Assembly: GCF_006345805.1 (NCBI RefSeq)
Contig: NC_043003.1
Location: 94,302,001 to 94,366,000 of the forward strand
Direction: 5' to 3'
Source of the DNA: Octopus sinensis
Lineage: Eukaryota
Length of the DNA: 64,000 nt
Translations under genes and position numbers: made by a program
The notes under the pieces: generated by a model
Told to the model about the DNA's origin: nothing
What the model saw: the letters and a program-made list of their open reading frames with translations, nothing else
The model's database searches: none
In this document: positions 51,333 to 63,716 of the stretch, in pieces
How the letters are laid out: every line of letters starts with the position of its first letter
Numbering within the stretch: the stretch's first letter is position 1

Positions 51333-51414
51333 TTATCTTTACGTTTGTCATTGTATATGTATGAGTTTATGTCTGTACATACGTATGTGTATAAATGCAT
51401 ACATACATATATCT

Positions 51415-51540
51415 CTTTTTACTCTTTTACTTGTTTCAGTCATTTGACTGTGGCCATGCTGGAGCACTGCCTTTAGTCGAGCAAATCGACCCCAGGACTT
51501 ATTCTTTGTAAGCCTAGTACTTATTCAATCGGTCTCTTTA
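51415..51540 (-). mobile_element. SINE family B tail
   Basis: ttttacttgtttcagtcatttgactgtggccatgctggagcactgcctttagtcgagc. Confidence 0.9.
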
Positions 51541-54500
51541 GCTACAATGATTAATGTTGAGATCCTTGTCATCAAGGAACATATTTAGAGTAATATCATT
51601 GTCAGGTCAAACCACACTTAGCGTGGTTTGATTAACCAGGACTAGATTTAATCTACACATACACCATACACTCCTTTATGCCAGTATGAGAAAATCTCAT
51701 TGGTATCATCATATTTGATGTATATTTAGGTTTTTTACGTTTAAGGTTAAGCATCATTCAATCCGTTTCACACGTCCACCGTCTACTTTAATACAATTAT
51801 ATACACCTGCTTGTAACAAAACTAAAACACAGTGCCAGTGTAAAAAATATAGAAAAAAATCATCATTATTATTGATTTGTTCGTGTTGTCATGGTTATTG
51901 GAGTTATTCTTATTTGTTAACATCTTTCGTTACAACTTAATTTGTATCGCTTACTGTTTGGTAATATCGAATGTTTACAGACAATTGAAATTATTGGAAA
52001 GTTCATATCAAATGAAAGAGGTATCAGCAGAGAAAGTAAGTCAGTAATATAATAATAAAAAAATAGTATTTCAATCGATAAAACTGTCTAAAACCAGATG
52101 CTGTTTTATCTTTACTGACTACAAATATAGCCATATCATTCATTTGAAGTGTATTAGGTGTGACACGTAGAGCAATCAATTCCTAATTACTAATCAGTCA
52201 TTAAGAGATGTCTCAGTCAAAACTGTGTACTGTACATACATCGATACTCTTTATAAGTAGATCCTATACCCATATTTTCCTCTAACAGTTTATTATTCTT
52301 TTAAGTTATGATAATAATGTGTAGAATACTGCATGTACGCACACGGTATAGTCGGTCGAGTCTCACGATCTGAGTCGCAAAAGGCTATATCTAGAGTAAT
52401 GCAGTCGGTATATTTCATCTCCATTCAAAGGTGTACTCATCACAGTATTTGAATTTACCTACACAAAACAACAAAATCCTTTGGTTTCTTAAAGATATTG
52501 CCATGGATACGGTATATCACAGATTATGAATTATTAGATTTGAAATCCTAGTATCTCAGCAAACTACAACAGCCATTTCTCTAATGTACTTCAAATAAAT
52601 GTACGTAGATTATATTACTTAAATATCTTCCTCTTGTTTGTCAATATATCTATATTGAACAGCTTATTTTTCTGCTCGAAAGATTAAGAACCAATATTAG
52701 TAACGTGTCAAACAATATATGAACTAATTATGTATTCTCTTATATATTTAATGAACTTACCAGTTTCGTTTCGTAGTGTAGTCTGCAATCAATAGACTAT
52801 CACACTGAGAAAACATTGGCTATCGAACTGTGAAAGTAGTTTTAATACACTGCAAATAATTAGAAATGGAAAGTGGTTGAACTGATCGGCTCTTAGATAA
52901 CAACGAAATAGTAGACTGTTTTATTCCATCCTAGGTTCTGCTGTCGTGAGATTTGATAATCGTAGAGGAACGAAAGCAAATAATTTTATCTCATACTAGT
53001 AAAAGGCCAATGGAAGGAACATAGTCATTAACCATCATCTATCGCCTCAATTTTCGCTTTTAGCAGACACAGTAGTTGTCGTGGTACATATCGCATTCTC
53101 TTAGCCATCACAGTAACACTATCTGTTTTCAAGCAAAAGCGGCTATAGTTTTAGGAGGTCGTCCATATTTCATCATCTTCTTGTGGGTTGATTCCTACAT
53201 GATGATCTCAATGGCGAGCAACTAAATGTCATCTTCCTAATTTCTTTTGGAAAAGAATGAAAAATATATGACACAACAGCAAAAAAAGTTAAATTTACTT
53301 TTACCGGGGAAGTAAACACATAAAAATACATAAACACACGAAGGGTTTTATATATGTATATGAGTGTGTGTGCGTGTGTGAGTTGGTGAGAGACAGAGAG
53401 TATGTGTGTGTGTGAGTGTGTGCGTTGTGGTGTGTGTGTGTGTGTGTGAGTGTGTGTTGTGGTGTGTGTGTGTGCGTGTGTACAACAGAACCTCCCAAAA
53501 CTAGAAACTATTAAATATTATCCTAACCACGTAAGATTATTCATGAAGTCACTTAAGCAATATTATTATATGTAATCACCATATTCCATGGACCTAACAC
53601 CATGTTCAACCTTACAAGAATGAAGGGCAACTCAGAATAACTAGACCCGAAGATATTAAAGATTCACAGCCTACACTTTCATCTTCTGTTACCTAGCGAA
53701 TATCACTATGTTGTCGATATCTGGGCAGCACCATTCAGTCTGACGGTATCAACAGCGTTTATGTTAGCAAGCAACATAAACGTTGCATGGGAATCATTAG
53801 ACCAGCAAAAGGAGTGAAACATTAGCATAATATGCTCATTGCGCCAACAACTGCTTATTATTATACATAACATTATACAATGTACATAGAATAGGATTAA
53901 CTTATAGTTATAAAGTTATGCAAAAATCGGTTTATGAAACTAATTCACCCCGCAAAAGACATTGTGATAAAAAAAAACACCTGTAGCAATAAGTATAACT
54001 ATCGAATTAAACGTATTGAACAAAAGCTACATAATAGTAACACAAGAAACAACAAATCTAGAACCTCAAACATATAGATAAATTAACGAACATAGTCTTA
54101 TAGTTATGCTGTTCCTCGTTCTGTAAAGTATTCCAAATATAACACCACATCAAAAACGAACCCAATGTGAACTAGTTGAACAATATAACTTTCAACCAAT
54201 GTTCCAGAACCATCTGCAATGGAAAAAAAAACAAGTATAGATCAATATTTATTAACTATATATCTAATTATAGAAAATATATTAACCGAATTAAATTACT
54301 AATTAAAGATAAAATTTTAATATTATAATAAAATAAATGAATTATATAGATATGACAAAAACCTTCCTCATTATAACAAATTTATAGCGTAAATAAAATT
54401 TCTTAACCGCAAACAAACTAATTTATGATTAATCAAACGGTATACTAAATGGCAGCTACTTGGGAACAACTCAAACTAAACTTATAACAACTAACTAAAC

Positions 54501-54899
54501 AAATATATAAAGGATCCAAACTAGCATTTCCACCTAAAATCTTTAGACATTTTAAAATTAATAAAACAAACATATCGTAACGAAATTATTCTTCTTATGC
54601 GATAGCATATCTCTATGTGCTGCAAAGAAATTAAAAAAACGACACATAGTTTTTAACCCTATCGCTGCCAAACGACCGTTGTCTATGCTATCTACCCAAA
54701 GTAATTTTGTACCTAATAAATGACAATAAACACACAAACTGCTAAATAACGATTTAGCTTTCACATTTAATTAAAACTAATCGCCTTTCAAACTGGTTAA
54801 ATTGCAAACTAGAGACCCTTCAAAATTTCATATTTCCCCAAGCAACTAGTCTTTCCTTGTTTTCCCATATGTTTCATTAACTTTTTAACTCTATCCAAA

Positions 54900-55010
54900 A
54901 TCATTCCAAATTCATTTATTATTCTACCGTACCTAATTTTCAACTGGCAATCCGTCGGATACTACAACGGAAAATTAACGTGCAGCTAGCTGAGCACTCA
55001 ACAAATACGA
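54900..55010 (+). pseudogene. Possible Penelope GIY-YIG endonuclease relic
   Basis: SVG..QRKINVQLAEH across a frameshift resembles YVGxTxRxLxxRxxEH. Confidence 0.3.
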
Positions 55011-55024
55011 GTAGAGCTAATGTA

Positions 55025-55160
55025 GTTCTCTGGGAGATTCAGAATGAGACCCACAGTGTGACAATGCTAGCCCTTTGAAATACAGGCACGACTCTTTTTT
55101 GCAAGCTGAGTGGACTGGAGCAGTGTGAAATAAAGTGTCACGTTCAAGAATACATGCTTC
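55025..55160 (-). mobile_element. CORE-type SINE 3' fragment
   Basis: Similar to 23615-23730. Confidence 0.8.
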
Positions 55161-55164
55161 TGGC

Positions 55165-55565
55165 GTAGGTGTGGCTGTGTGGCAAGAAGATTGCTTCCCA
55201 AGCACATGGTTCCGAGTTCAGGCCTACTTCGTTGCACCTTGGCCAAGTGTCTTCTTATAACCTCGGGCCGACTAAAGCTTTGTCAGTGGATTTGATAAAG
55301 GGATACTGAAAGAAGCCCATCGTATATATGTATATGTGTGCGTGTGTGTAATTTGAGTGTGTCTTTGTATCTGTGTTTGTCCCCTCACCACTGCTTGACA
55401 ACCAGCGCTGGTGTTTACGTCCCCGTAACCTAGCTGTTTAGTAAGAGATATAGAGTAAATAAGTACCAGATTTAGAAAAACAAAATTACTAGAGTTGTTT
55501 CATTCGACTAAAAATTCTCCAATATAGTATAGCCGCAGTCTAATGACTAAAACAAGTAAAATATA
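55165..55565 (+). mobile_element. SINE family B, near full length
   Basis: gtggctgtgtggcaagaagattgcttccc...caccttggccaagtgtcttc...aatgactaaaacaagtaaaa. Confidence 0.9.
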
Positions 55566-55739
55566 AATATATATATATATACACACACACGTCCTCAATC
55601 ACTAGATTTCGGCCAGGCTGGGGCACTAACGTAAAGAAATTTAGTCGAATTGACCCTAGTATTTATATTTTTAAACCTATTTATCTTTTCGAACCAATAA
55701 GATACATAAACACGTATATAGATAGCTAGCTAGCTAGCT

Positions 55740-55849
<110 letters not shown>

Positions 55850-55944
55850 TCATTCAACTAAAAATTCTCCAAGGAGGTGCCCCAGCATCGTTGCAGTCTA
55901 ATGACTGAAGCAAGTAAAAAATTATATATATGTATATATATCGA

Positions 55945-56110
55945 TAAATGGTAAGACAACAAAAGAAAGAAAGAGACCTCAATATTATGTAAACAGAGGA
56001 ATTTATCTGTAAGTATAATATGTAACAATTATTCGGTAGCCATGATAAAACTCCGAGTTTCGGATGCCGAGGTGGAAAACCACGCCGCCATCTCTTCAGT
56101 TATCCGGCCA
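55945..56110 (-). mobile_element. Penelope-like terminal fragment, same family as 23740-23884
   Basis: Shared gacaacaaaaga..gaaagagacctc.at..tatgtaaa.ag.ggaatttatctgtaa...acaattattcggt. Confidence 0.8.
56044..56104 (-). ncRNA. Type I hammerhead ribozyme motif (near-palindromic helix III)
   Basis: GATAA-CTGAAGA-GATGGCGGCGTGG-TTTT-CCACCTCGGCATC-C-GAAA-CTC-G-GAG-TT-TTATC. Helix I is 5 bp and the triplet is GUU. Confidence 0.75.
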
Positions 56111-56990
56111 TCAAAAAAAAACGCTATGAAAAATGACCGTTATACAATGGGAAATTACTGTATGATTGACCGTTATTAAGACAAAAGAGCTATTCGAATG
56201 ACCACTAAGTAAGGGGAGGGAGTAAAGTAAGGGGGTAAAAAGTTCATAGTATTCGCGTAAGTGCGCCTGTTCATACCTACACATGTGCGTCCGCACACCC
56301 ACGTGCGTCCACCTAAAAGTATACATTCATCCATCCTGGATCTGGTTATTGGTTTATGATAGACTGCTTTGATGATCAATGTTATAATTATCTCGGATCT
56401 TTCTAATAACGTATCCATGCATAGTCTTCTGCTCATATAGACTCATCCTTTCACCTGATGATACGTTGCGGTATATACTTCGGGCATATACTCTAAGTTA
56501 TCTGACAAAAACAATGTTCCTCAAGGAGCTGCCTTCCAAGTCTTATAATGTTATCAGCCTCATGTATGCAAAATTGGTCAAGGGATAGACTTCAACACTT
56601 GGTGGTTAAAAGATTTTGCCCAAGGAATATGATATGACATACAAAGGCATTTTGGATCGATGTTAAGCCTCCGCCGCCTTATTTTCGTTTTAGTTATTTG
56701 CAGTCTACGTCACTTTATGCGGAAATTATGCTGGTTAGTATATTTTTTTTTGGGGGGATACATCGATGGCTCAGATCTCATCAAGCGTCCAATCAAGCAG
56801 TACTGGCACTGCAAACACATTGTGGGTCATTGTTTTATTGAAAGCAGAGAGTTCTAAGATCCAAATTTTTCTTATTAAGCTGTAATATTCTTTAGTGACA
56901 CGTGTTTTGTTAGAGGTGCTATACATATATATATGTATGTATTTATTTATCTTATACACACATACACACATATCTATATCTATCTATCAA

Positions 56991-57040
<50 letters not shown>

Positions 57041-57041
57041 C

Positions 57042-57073
<32 letters not shown>

Positions 57074-57588
57074 ATACATGCATATATATATATATAGAGA
57101 GAGAGAGAGAGTGAGAGAGAGAGAGAGAGAGGGGGAGAATTTGATTTTGAAAATGCGCCTGAATTTGAAAAACTTGTAATTGATTTTAAATAACTTACTT
57201 ACAGAGATGCCAAACTAGTTTCAACAATTTCTTATCAATGGTATAAACATATTTAAAGGAATGGAATTTTAACAATTGCGAAGCAGAAAACGTTTTAAAT
57301 GATTTAATGTTCACAAAATTCAATGTTTTCTTTTTCGCGATTATAATTGTTGAGATCTCATTGTTTTATGCACGTTTATACCATTGATAAACAAAAACTT
57401 GTTGAAACTAGTCGGTTATGTACGTAAATAAATTTATTTAAAATGAATTACAATTTCTTTCAAATTCAGGTGCATTTTCAAAAAAAAATTCTCCTATATG
57501 TTTATATATAATATACATAATATGCTGCATTAAATTATGAAATAAACTTTGCAGATGAACAAATCTCCATGCTCTTTATTATTAATAA

Positions 57589-58208
57589 TTAGACTGCACG
57601 TGACCTGTTGGGTCACCAATAGTTCAACGTACCGGGAAAAAACCGCGCATCTTGGGAATCCGTGCTCCGATTTACACGAAACTTGTTTTATTCGGTTTGT
57701 ATTCACATTTCAGTGGTTCCTTACTTTCAGAGTATTTTCTCATCATGTGCTGGTTTGGCTATTTATAAAGGTACCCGAAAGAGACGCGTATCTCGGGAAC
57801 CCGCGCTCCGAATCACTCAAAACTTGTCTTAATCCCTTTGTATTCACATTTCAGTGGTACTCTCAAAGTATTTTCCTATTATGCACCGGTTTGACTGTAT
57901 CAAATTACAGAAAAAGAGTGCATGCAAGAAAGCACGCAAACAAAACTATCCAGCTGTTCACAATAAAGGGCAATAACTCCAGGTTTCACTGATTAAATTT
58001 GTGAAAACAACCCCACCCCACACCCAAAAAACCGCGTATATCGGGAAGCGGCGGTCCGATTTACGCGAAATTTGTTTTATTCTGTTAGCATTCACATTTC
58101 AGGGATACCCTACTTTCAGAGTATTTTCCCATTATGCACCGATTTGGCTATTTTAAATTAGAGAGAAGCACGCAAGCACGCAATCACAAACTTTTAGTAT
58201 TATATAGA
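57589..58208 (-). mobile_element. Non-autonomous Helitron with three internal ~130-bp repeats
   Basis: 5' A^TC (TCTATATAATACT at 58208) and 3' CTAA^T, preceded by hairpin GTGACC-caaca-GGTCAC (57600-57616). The unit ccgcg.at.t.gggaa...ccgattta..cgaaa...attcacatttcag occurs three times. Confidence 0.8.
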
Positions 58209-58591
58209 TTTTGTGTGTGTGTGTGAATCAGCAAGTAGGGATGTTGTAGGGATTGAAATGTAATTTTGCACCTAATTAAATCCTTGTCATTTAATTTCTT
58301 GCTATAGCGATAAAGCTAATTATGATAATTAATACTTCAAAAACTTACCTATAAATAATTGGAAAATAATAGCCGGAAAGCCAACTAAGTAAACAAATGC
58401 ATGATAGTTAAGCATATTAATATAATGATAAAGGAAAATGATTTATTGTATTCACATGAGTATAATCTTTCTTTCTCTCTCTTTCTTTACATCTATCTTT
58501 CTCTCAGTTCACACGTACACACACATACACGTGTGCATATACGACTTATCTTTCGCTCTGCATGTTTCTTTGCCTCATTCTTCGTTTTCTT

Positions 58592-59075
58592 GGGATGAAA
58601 GGCAAAGTCCGCCGATCTCGGTAGAAATTGAACTCAGAACGTAAAGACAGACGAAAATCCGCTAAGCATTTATTTTGTCTCGTGTGCTGACGGTTCTGCC
58701 ACCTTAGTGTGCAATTTAATATTGGTTTCAGATAAAGTGGAGGGCGGGCAGAATCGTTAGCACGCCGGGTAAAATGCTTACCAGCATTTCGTCTGTCTTT
58801 ATGTTATGAGTTCAAATTCCGCCGAGGTCGACTTTGTCTTTCATCGACTGGAAAGGATGAAATGCAAAGTCGACCTCACTGGTGTTTGAACTCAGACAGT
58901 AAAGATGAACAAAATGTTGGTAAGCATTTTGGCTAGCGTGCTAAGGATTCTACCAGCTCGGTACCTTATACGATGCTGGTTTCCAAAATTTGTCGAACCC
59001 AGTGGAATTTGAGCTCAGAACGTAAAGCCGCTAAGCCATTTGTCTGGCGTACTCAGAACTCTGTCAACTTGATAC
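58592..59075. mobile_element. Nested cluster of four SINE family A copies: minus 58592-58705, plus 58735-58845, minus 58843-58967, minus 58975-59075
   Basis: Family A head and B-box segments in alternating orientation. Confidence 0.88.
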
Positions 59076-59149
59076 CTAATACAACGTAATATTATTGGAA
59101 ATATAGTGCCTAATATACAATGTAATTATTACATCTGCATTATATATGT

Positions 59150-59268
59150 AATAGTTAAACTATATATTAAATACTTCAATGTGTTTTCAATGCATGTTAT
59201 TCCTTGGTCTGTGGAGAAATTTTCTCGCATGAACCCGGTCTGCGGTGCAAAATGTTTGGGGACCGCTG
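59150..59268 (-). mobile_element. hAT-Charlie (MER1-like) transposon end
   Basis: Minus strand CAGCGGTCCCCAAACATTTTGCACCGCAGACCGGGTTCATGCGAGAAAATTTCTCCACAGACC resembles the Charlie/MER1-type terminus as recalled. Confidence 0.7.
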
Positions 59269-60234
59269 GCCTCGACCTTCTGTAAACTGTTTCTTTTGGA
59301 AGCCTATCAATGCTCCTTCCGGGATTCGGGAAGCAGAAGTATGCTATTTCCATTTCATTCGCTCTTGAGTTATTATTCTTGAACTCGATCTCTGTCTACA
59401 ACGCCGTTTTGGCGTATAGGACTACAATTTTTTTTTTTTTTTGCACCTCTGTTAATTGTTTTTTTTTTTGGTCTTTTGTACAGTTTATGATGGTGATGTT
59501 AACTATAATAGTGCCACTCGTCAGCTCATTGTTGTATAACACCAGAATATGACTGCTCTTGTCAGAAACAATACATTTTTATCTGCTAAGCTTCGTTGAA
59601 AATATTTTCGACTGATGCCGCTTTTTGGCATTGTCAAGCAAAGTTGTTAACTGCTATCACGGCTTTCGTGACTGCTTCTATCTGTTTCTCCCTCTTCAAG
59701 CATCCAACATGTTGACATTTTTGCTGAAAATATGTTATATTCAATAAAAACAAAACTTTAACCACTAATTGATAATATTGCTTCAGACAATAATGGAGAA
59801 AGAAAAAACATATTTATATGTCTCCGCTAATTAAAGGAAACATGGTTTTGCCTGAAAATGTATTAAACAATATTAACAGTTAACATTTTAAATTTTCGAA
59901 TTCAACTTGTTTGGCAAGTGACTTCATCCGTAATCGCTTGTTGAGACTAAAGTAATTACATTGTAGAAGTGTCATTTTTTAGATTTAAGAACACCTTGGT
60001 ATTATTTTTCTTTATTTCTTGTCTCTTTTTCTTCTCGTTTTATTCTTTAAAATATTTTTACACCTGTTTTTGTTCAATTTTATAACATATGAGATGAGAT
60101 ATTTGTTTGAGGTTTCCATTAGTGTCACCTTTAATTTCAATTTTTTGCTTATTTATAATTTTGTATCATTACTCCAATGGTATTTTGTCTGTAATTATAA
60201 TAATAATAACTATAACCCTTTCTACTAAATGCAC

Positions 60235-60352
60235 AAAACCCTGGTGTTCAGCTGGTACTTATTCTACCGACCCCGAATGGATGAAAGGCAAGATATGAAC
60301 TCAGAACATAAAGACGCTAAGCATTTTGTCCGGCGTGCTATCGATTCTGCTA
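60235..60352 (-). mobile_element. SINE family A, internally deleted
   Basis: gctggtacttattctaccgaccccgaatggatgaaaggcaa...gctaagcattttgtccggcgtgcta. Confidence 0.82.
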
Positions 60353-60819
60353 GTGAATGATAACAGCTATGACGACGGTAGTGGAGTCGTCTGTGATGGT
60401 GCTGGTGAAAGCACCGGTAGCGGCGCTGGCTGAAGCGCGGTGCTGGTTTTGATTGTTGTTGATGTTGGGGGGGGTGAGTAAGGGAGTGAGTAATAATAGG
60501 TTTTGCGTTTTATGAAGGATAGTTGTGAAGTTCGTAGCGTTTGTATTCACTGCCGTTTGAAGTAAATCAAAATCAGGTCGTAAACTCGATATGCAAGGTT
60601 TCTTTAGTGTTTACCACTATAGAAACCTTGTCATATAGCTGTTATACTCGGCTATTGATGCCAGCTTCTAAAGGTGGAAAAAATGCTCTGTTCTAGAATC
60701 TTCCTGCTTCATTTTCCTAGTAATGTCGTTTCGCTTGACATAGTAAATATTGTTTACGCAAGAGTGAATAAGCCCTAGTTCCCTCTATTAGAGATATTTA
60801 AAATATTACTACAAGGTAT

Positions 60820-61076
60820 ATTTTTTTTTTTTTTTTTTTTTGTACTTGTTTCAGTCATTTGACTGCGGCCATGCTGGAGCACCGCCTTTTAGAGTGGTGA
60901 AAGAGTACAGCAGGGATCACCACCTCCTGCCGGAGCCTCGTGGAGCTTTTAGGTGTTTTTTCGCTCAATAAACACACACAACGCCCGGTCTGGGAATCGA
61001 AACCGCGATCCTCCGACCGCAAGTCCGCGGCCCTAACCACTAGGCCATTGCGCCTCCATGGCCATTGCGCCTCCAT
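60820..61076 (-). mobile_element. Chimeric SINE: distinct tRNA head and body joined to a family B tail, with poly(A)
   Basis: A box tggcctagtggttag and B box ggtttcgattccc. The body joins the family B tail at about 60890, poly(T) lies at 60820-60841, and 17 bp of the head are duplicated (61043-61076). Confidence 0.8.
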
Positions 61077-61269
61077 AATTAATGCGAGCTCACCATATCT
61101 TACATTTATTTTTCTTTTCATCCTAAAACTTATTATAATACATTTTACACGCAATCAAATTCAATCTCATATGTTAAACTCTCAGTATCAGATTCCATGC
61201 TTCGTCTAAACGATTCTGTGTATATTCAGCTATAGAATCATTATTTTTTAATCATATATTATAAAAAAA

Positions 61270-61518
61270 AATAAATGCGCCCTTTTAAAACCTAGCCAGA
61301 CTCATGGGCCTGGTTTCCCGGTTTCTATGGCGTATGTGTTCCCCAACTGGATGGGACGCCAGTCCATCGCAGCGTTACTCATTTTTGCCAGCTGAGTGGA
61401 CTGGAGCAACGTGAAGTGTTTTGCTCAAGAAGACAACGCGTCGCTCGGTCCAGGAATCGAAACCACAATCTTACGATCATGATGCTGACACCCTAACCAC
61501 TAAACCACGCGCCTCCAC
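61270..61518 (-). mobile_element. SINE family C, long-tail variant, near full length
   Basis: Head gtggaggcgcgtggtttagtggttagggtgtcagcatc..., B box ggtttcgattcc, CORE-like segment. Confidence 0.9.
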
Positions 61519-61529
61519 AATCATAGATT

Positions 61530-61692
61530 ATATTGGTTTCAAATTTTGGCACAAGGCCACCAACTAATTTGGGCGATGTGTATGTCGATTACATCAACCT
61601 CAGTTCTCAAACTTATTTTATTGCCCCCGTAAGGCAAAGTCGACCTTAGCGGAATTTGAACTCAGAATGTAAGGACGAAACGAAATGCTAGC
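61530..61692 (-). mobile_element. SINE family A, 5'-truncated
   Basis: tattggtttcaaattttggcacaagg...ggaatttgaactcagaatgtaagg. Confidence 0.85.
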
Positions 61693-61704
61693 AATTTATA
61701 TAAA

Positions 61705-61941
61705 TGCAAATGCAGAACAATCCTTTCTAATAATGGTAGAAGATCTGAAGTTTTGAGGCAGGGGACTAGTCGATTACATCGGCCTCCAGTATTTCACTGG
61801 TACTTATTTTATCGAGCCCGATAAAATTCCTCGGCGGAATTTGCACGTAGAACGTAAGGACGAAACGAAATGCCGCCAAGCGTTTCGCACGTTGTGCTAA
61901 CGGTTGTACCAGCTCGCCGCCTTTTGCAAATGTAGAATAAT
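61705..61941 (-). mobile_element. SINE family A flanked by a probable 17-bp target-site duplication
   Basis: tgcaaatgcagaacaat (61705-61721) and tgcaaatgtagaataat (61925-61941) flank the copy. Confidence 0.85.
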
Positions 61942-63146
61942 ATTGTTATCTTATGTTTTTTAATGTTAGTTTAAATTGTTGCAGACAGAAACAGCTGCGT
62001 CGGAATTAATAGTAACCTTTTAACAGATCTAATTCTTTCATGGTTTCTTTGTTGTTATTCCATCAATATTTCCATTATTGAGGACTCTATTTGTTGTAGT
62101 AATGAATACAAATCCTTCAGTGATTTGAAATTTGGATTAAAAACGAGAGATTTTCATTCAAAGTTCAAATTATTCCGGCAATAGAAGAGACAAACAATAT
62201 GCGACCGGCACAGCTTGTGAGAAATGCCTCGGGTGAAAATTTTCGTTGTGAGAGAAAAATACAAAATAGTAGCGAAGTAACAGCTGCTGACTACTTTGCA
62301 AATTTTACTTGTTTCTTTTTACATTTAAATATAAACATATCAATCAGAATTTATTTTCTTAAAATTCCCCCAACAACCAAATGTTGTATTTTAGTATCCT
62401 CGTGCCGTCAACAGTAGCGTGAAGTATAGTTATTTTAATTAAGCGCATTAAAAATGATAATAGCATACAAATATTTGCGATTTGTTAATGTTCCATGCAA
62501 ACATAAAATTAACGAATGTTCAAAATTAACGAAAGTTTGTTATAACTGGATGTTTACTTTACTTTTATGATAAATAATTTTTTTCGTATCTTGCTAGCAG
62601 TCGGTATTTGTCCATTCGTATTCATGAAGCCCGTTAGGAAAATCAACTTGCTAGCAGGTTTTAGCATGATATTAAAATATATATTGAAAATAAAATATAT
62701 ATGCCGAATTAATGAGAAATCTACCCATTCACCGTCCAGATATTAGCTTTAAATTTGTAGTAATAATTATTGAAGCATTCGGATCTGTAATTAGCTGCCT
62801 CAGAACGAATCTTGAGTTTCGGGGTTTCACAAAAGTTGAAAGAACACGGCTAATCAGGAAAATAAATTTAGCATGCTTGATCTGTTTGATATAGATATAC
62901 AGAGATTTGCGTTCTAATGTATATGCACGCGTAAGTGAAAACAACCTGATAAACGCAAGCAATGATATTAATCTTTACACACATACACCTGTGGGTTGAT
63001 AATATGCAGATTGATACATACACATATTGAACGTATACATATATTCAATCTTTCATAAATACATATATACATTCCTACATGCATACAAGCATACATACAC
63101 ACAAATGTATACAATAATGCATACACAGGTGCATAGGCACAGACAA

Positions 63147-63149
<3 letters not shown>

Positions 63150-63216
<67 letters not shown>
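63150..63216. repeat. (TA)n microsatellite
   Basis: Direct reading of the sequence. Confidence 0.98.
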
Positions 63217-63218
<2 letters not shown>

Positions 63219-63400
63219 AAGAAGTAAATATATGGCACAACGAAGTACCGATATTTACTGGAAATAGCGAACGTAATAATACGACGCTAATGTATAGCTT
63301 CACCGCGTATGTACTAGCAAAAATGCGTGAGTGCAACAAACTTGAAAAAAATTGTCTTACCTCCAGGAAGAACATCTGAAAGATGAAATACCTAGAAAAG

Positions 63401-63490
63401 GATAATGTGGGACCGGCGTCGGTTTCAGATTTTTCAAGATATGCCTGCACACATATACTTGATCTATCTTCATCAGCCAAACATATACCA
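63401..63490 (-). ncRNA. Canonical type I hammerhead ribozyme motif
   Basis: TGG-CTGATGA-AGAT[AGA]TCAAG[T]ATATG-tgtgcagg-CATAT-CTTGA[AAA]ATCT-GAAA-CCG-acgc-CGG-TC-CCA. All core nucleotides are intact, helix III has 4 bp with a 4-nt loop, the GUC site is at 63411, and helix I is TGG/CCA plus a bulged extension. Confidence 0.85.
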
Positions 63491-63613
63491 CGACAACATT
63501 TCAGATGTTACCACATTAATGCCAATACACTCGACTGAAACGCCGAAACGTATATATATTAGTAATATATACATGCGTGTGTATTTGTGTGTGTGAGAGA
63601 GAGGGAGATCATA

Positions 63614-63662
<49 letters not shown>

Positions 63663-63671
63663 TATATATAT

Positions 63672-63716
<45 letters not shown>

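Noticed and set aside
57620-58160. CRISPR-like or regulatory array interpretation of regularly recurring units
   Set aside because: Units are about 130 bp, diverged, and lie inside Helitron termini in a eukaryotic context. No spacers or cas genes.
60350-60550. GC-rich Ala/Gly/Thr-coding-looking stretch
   Set aside because: It reads as a decayed (GGT/GAT)n trinucleotide repeat.
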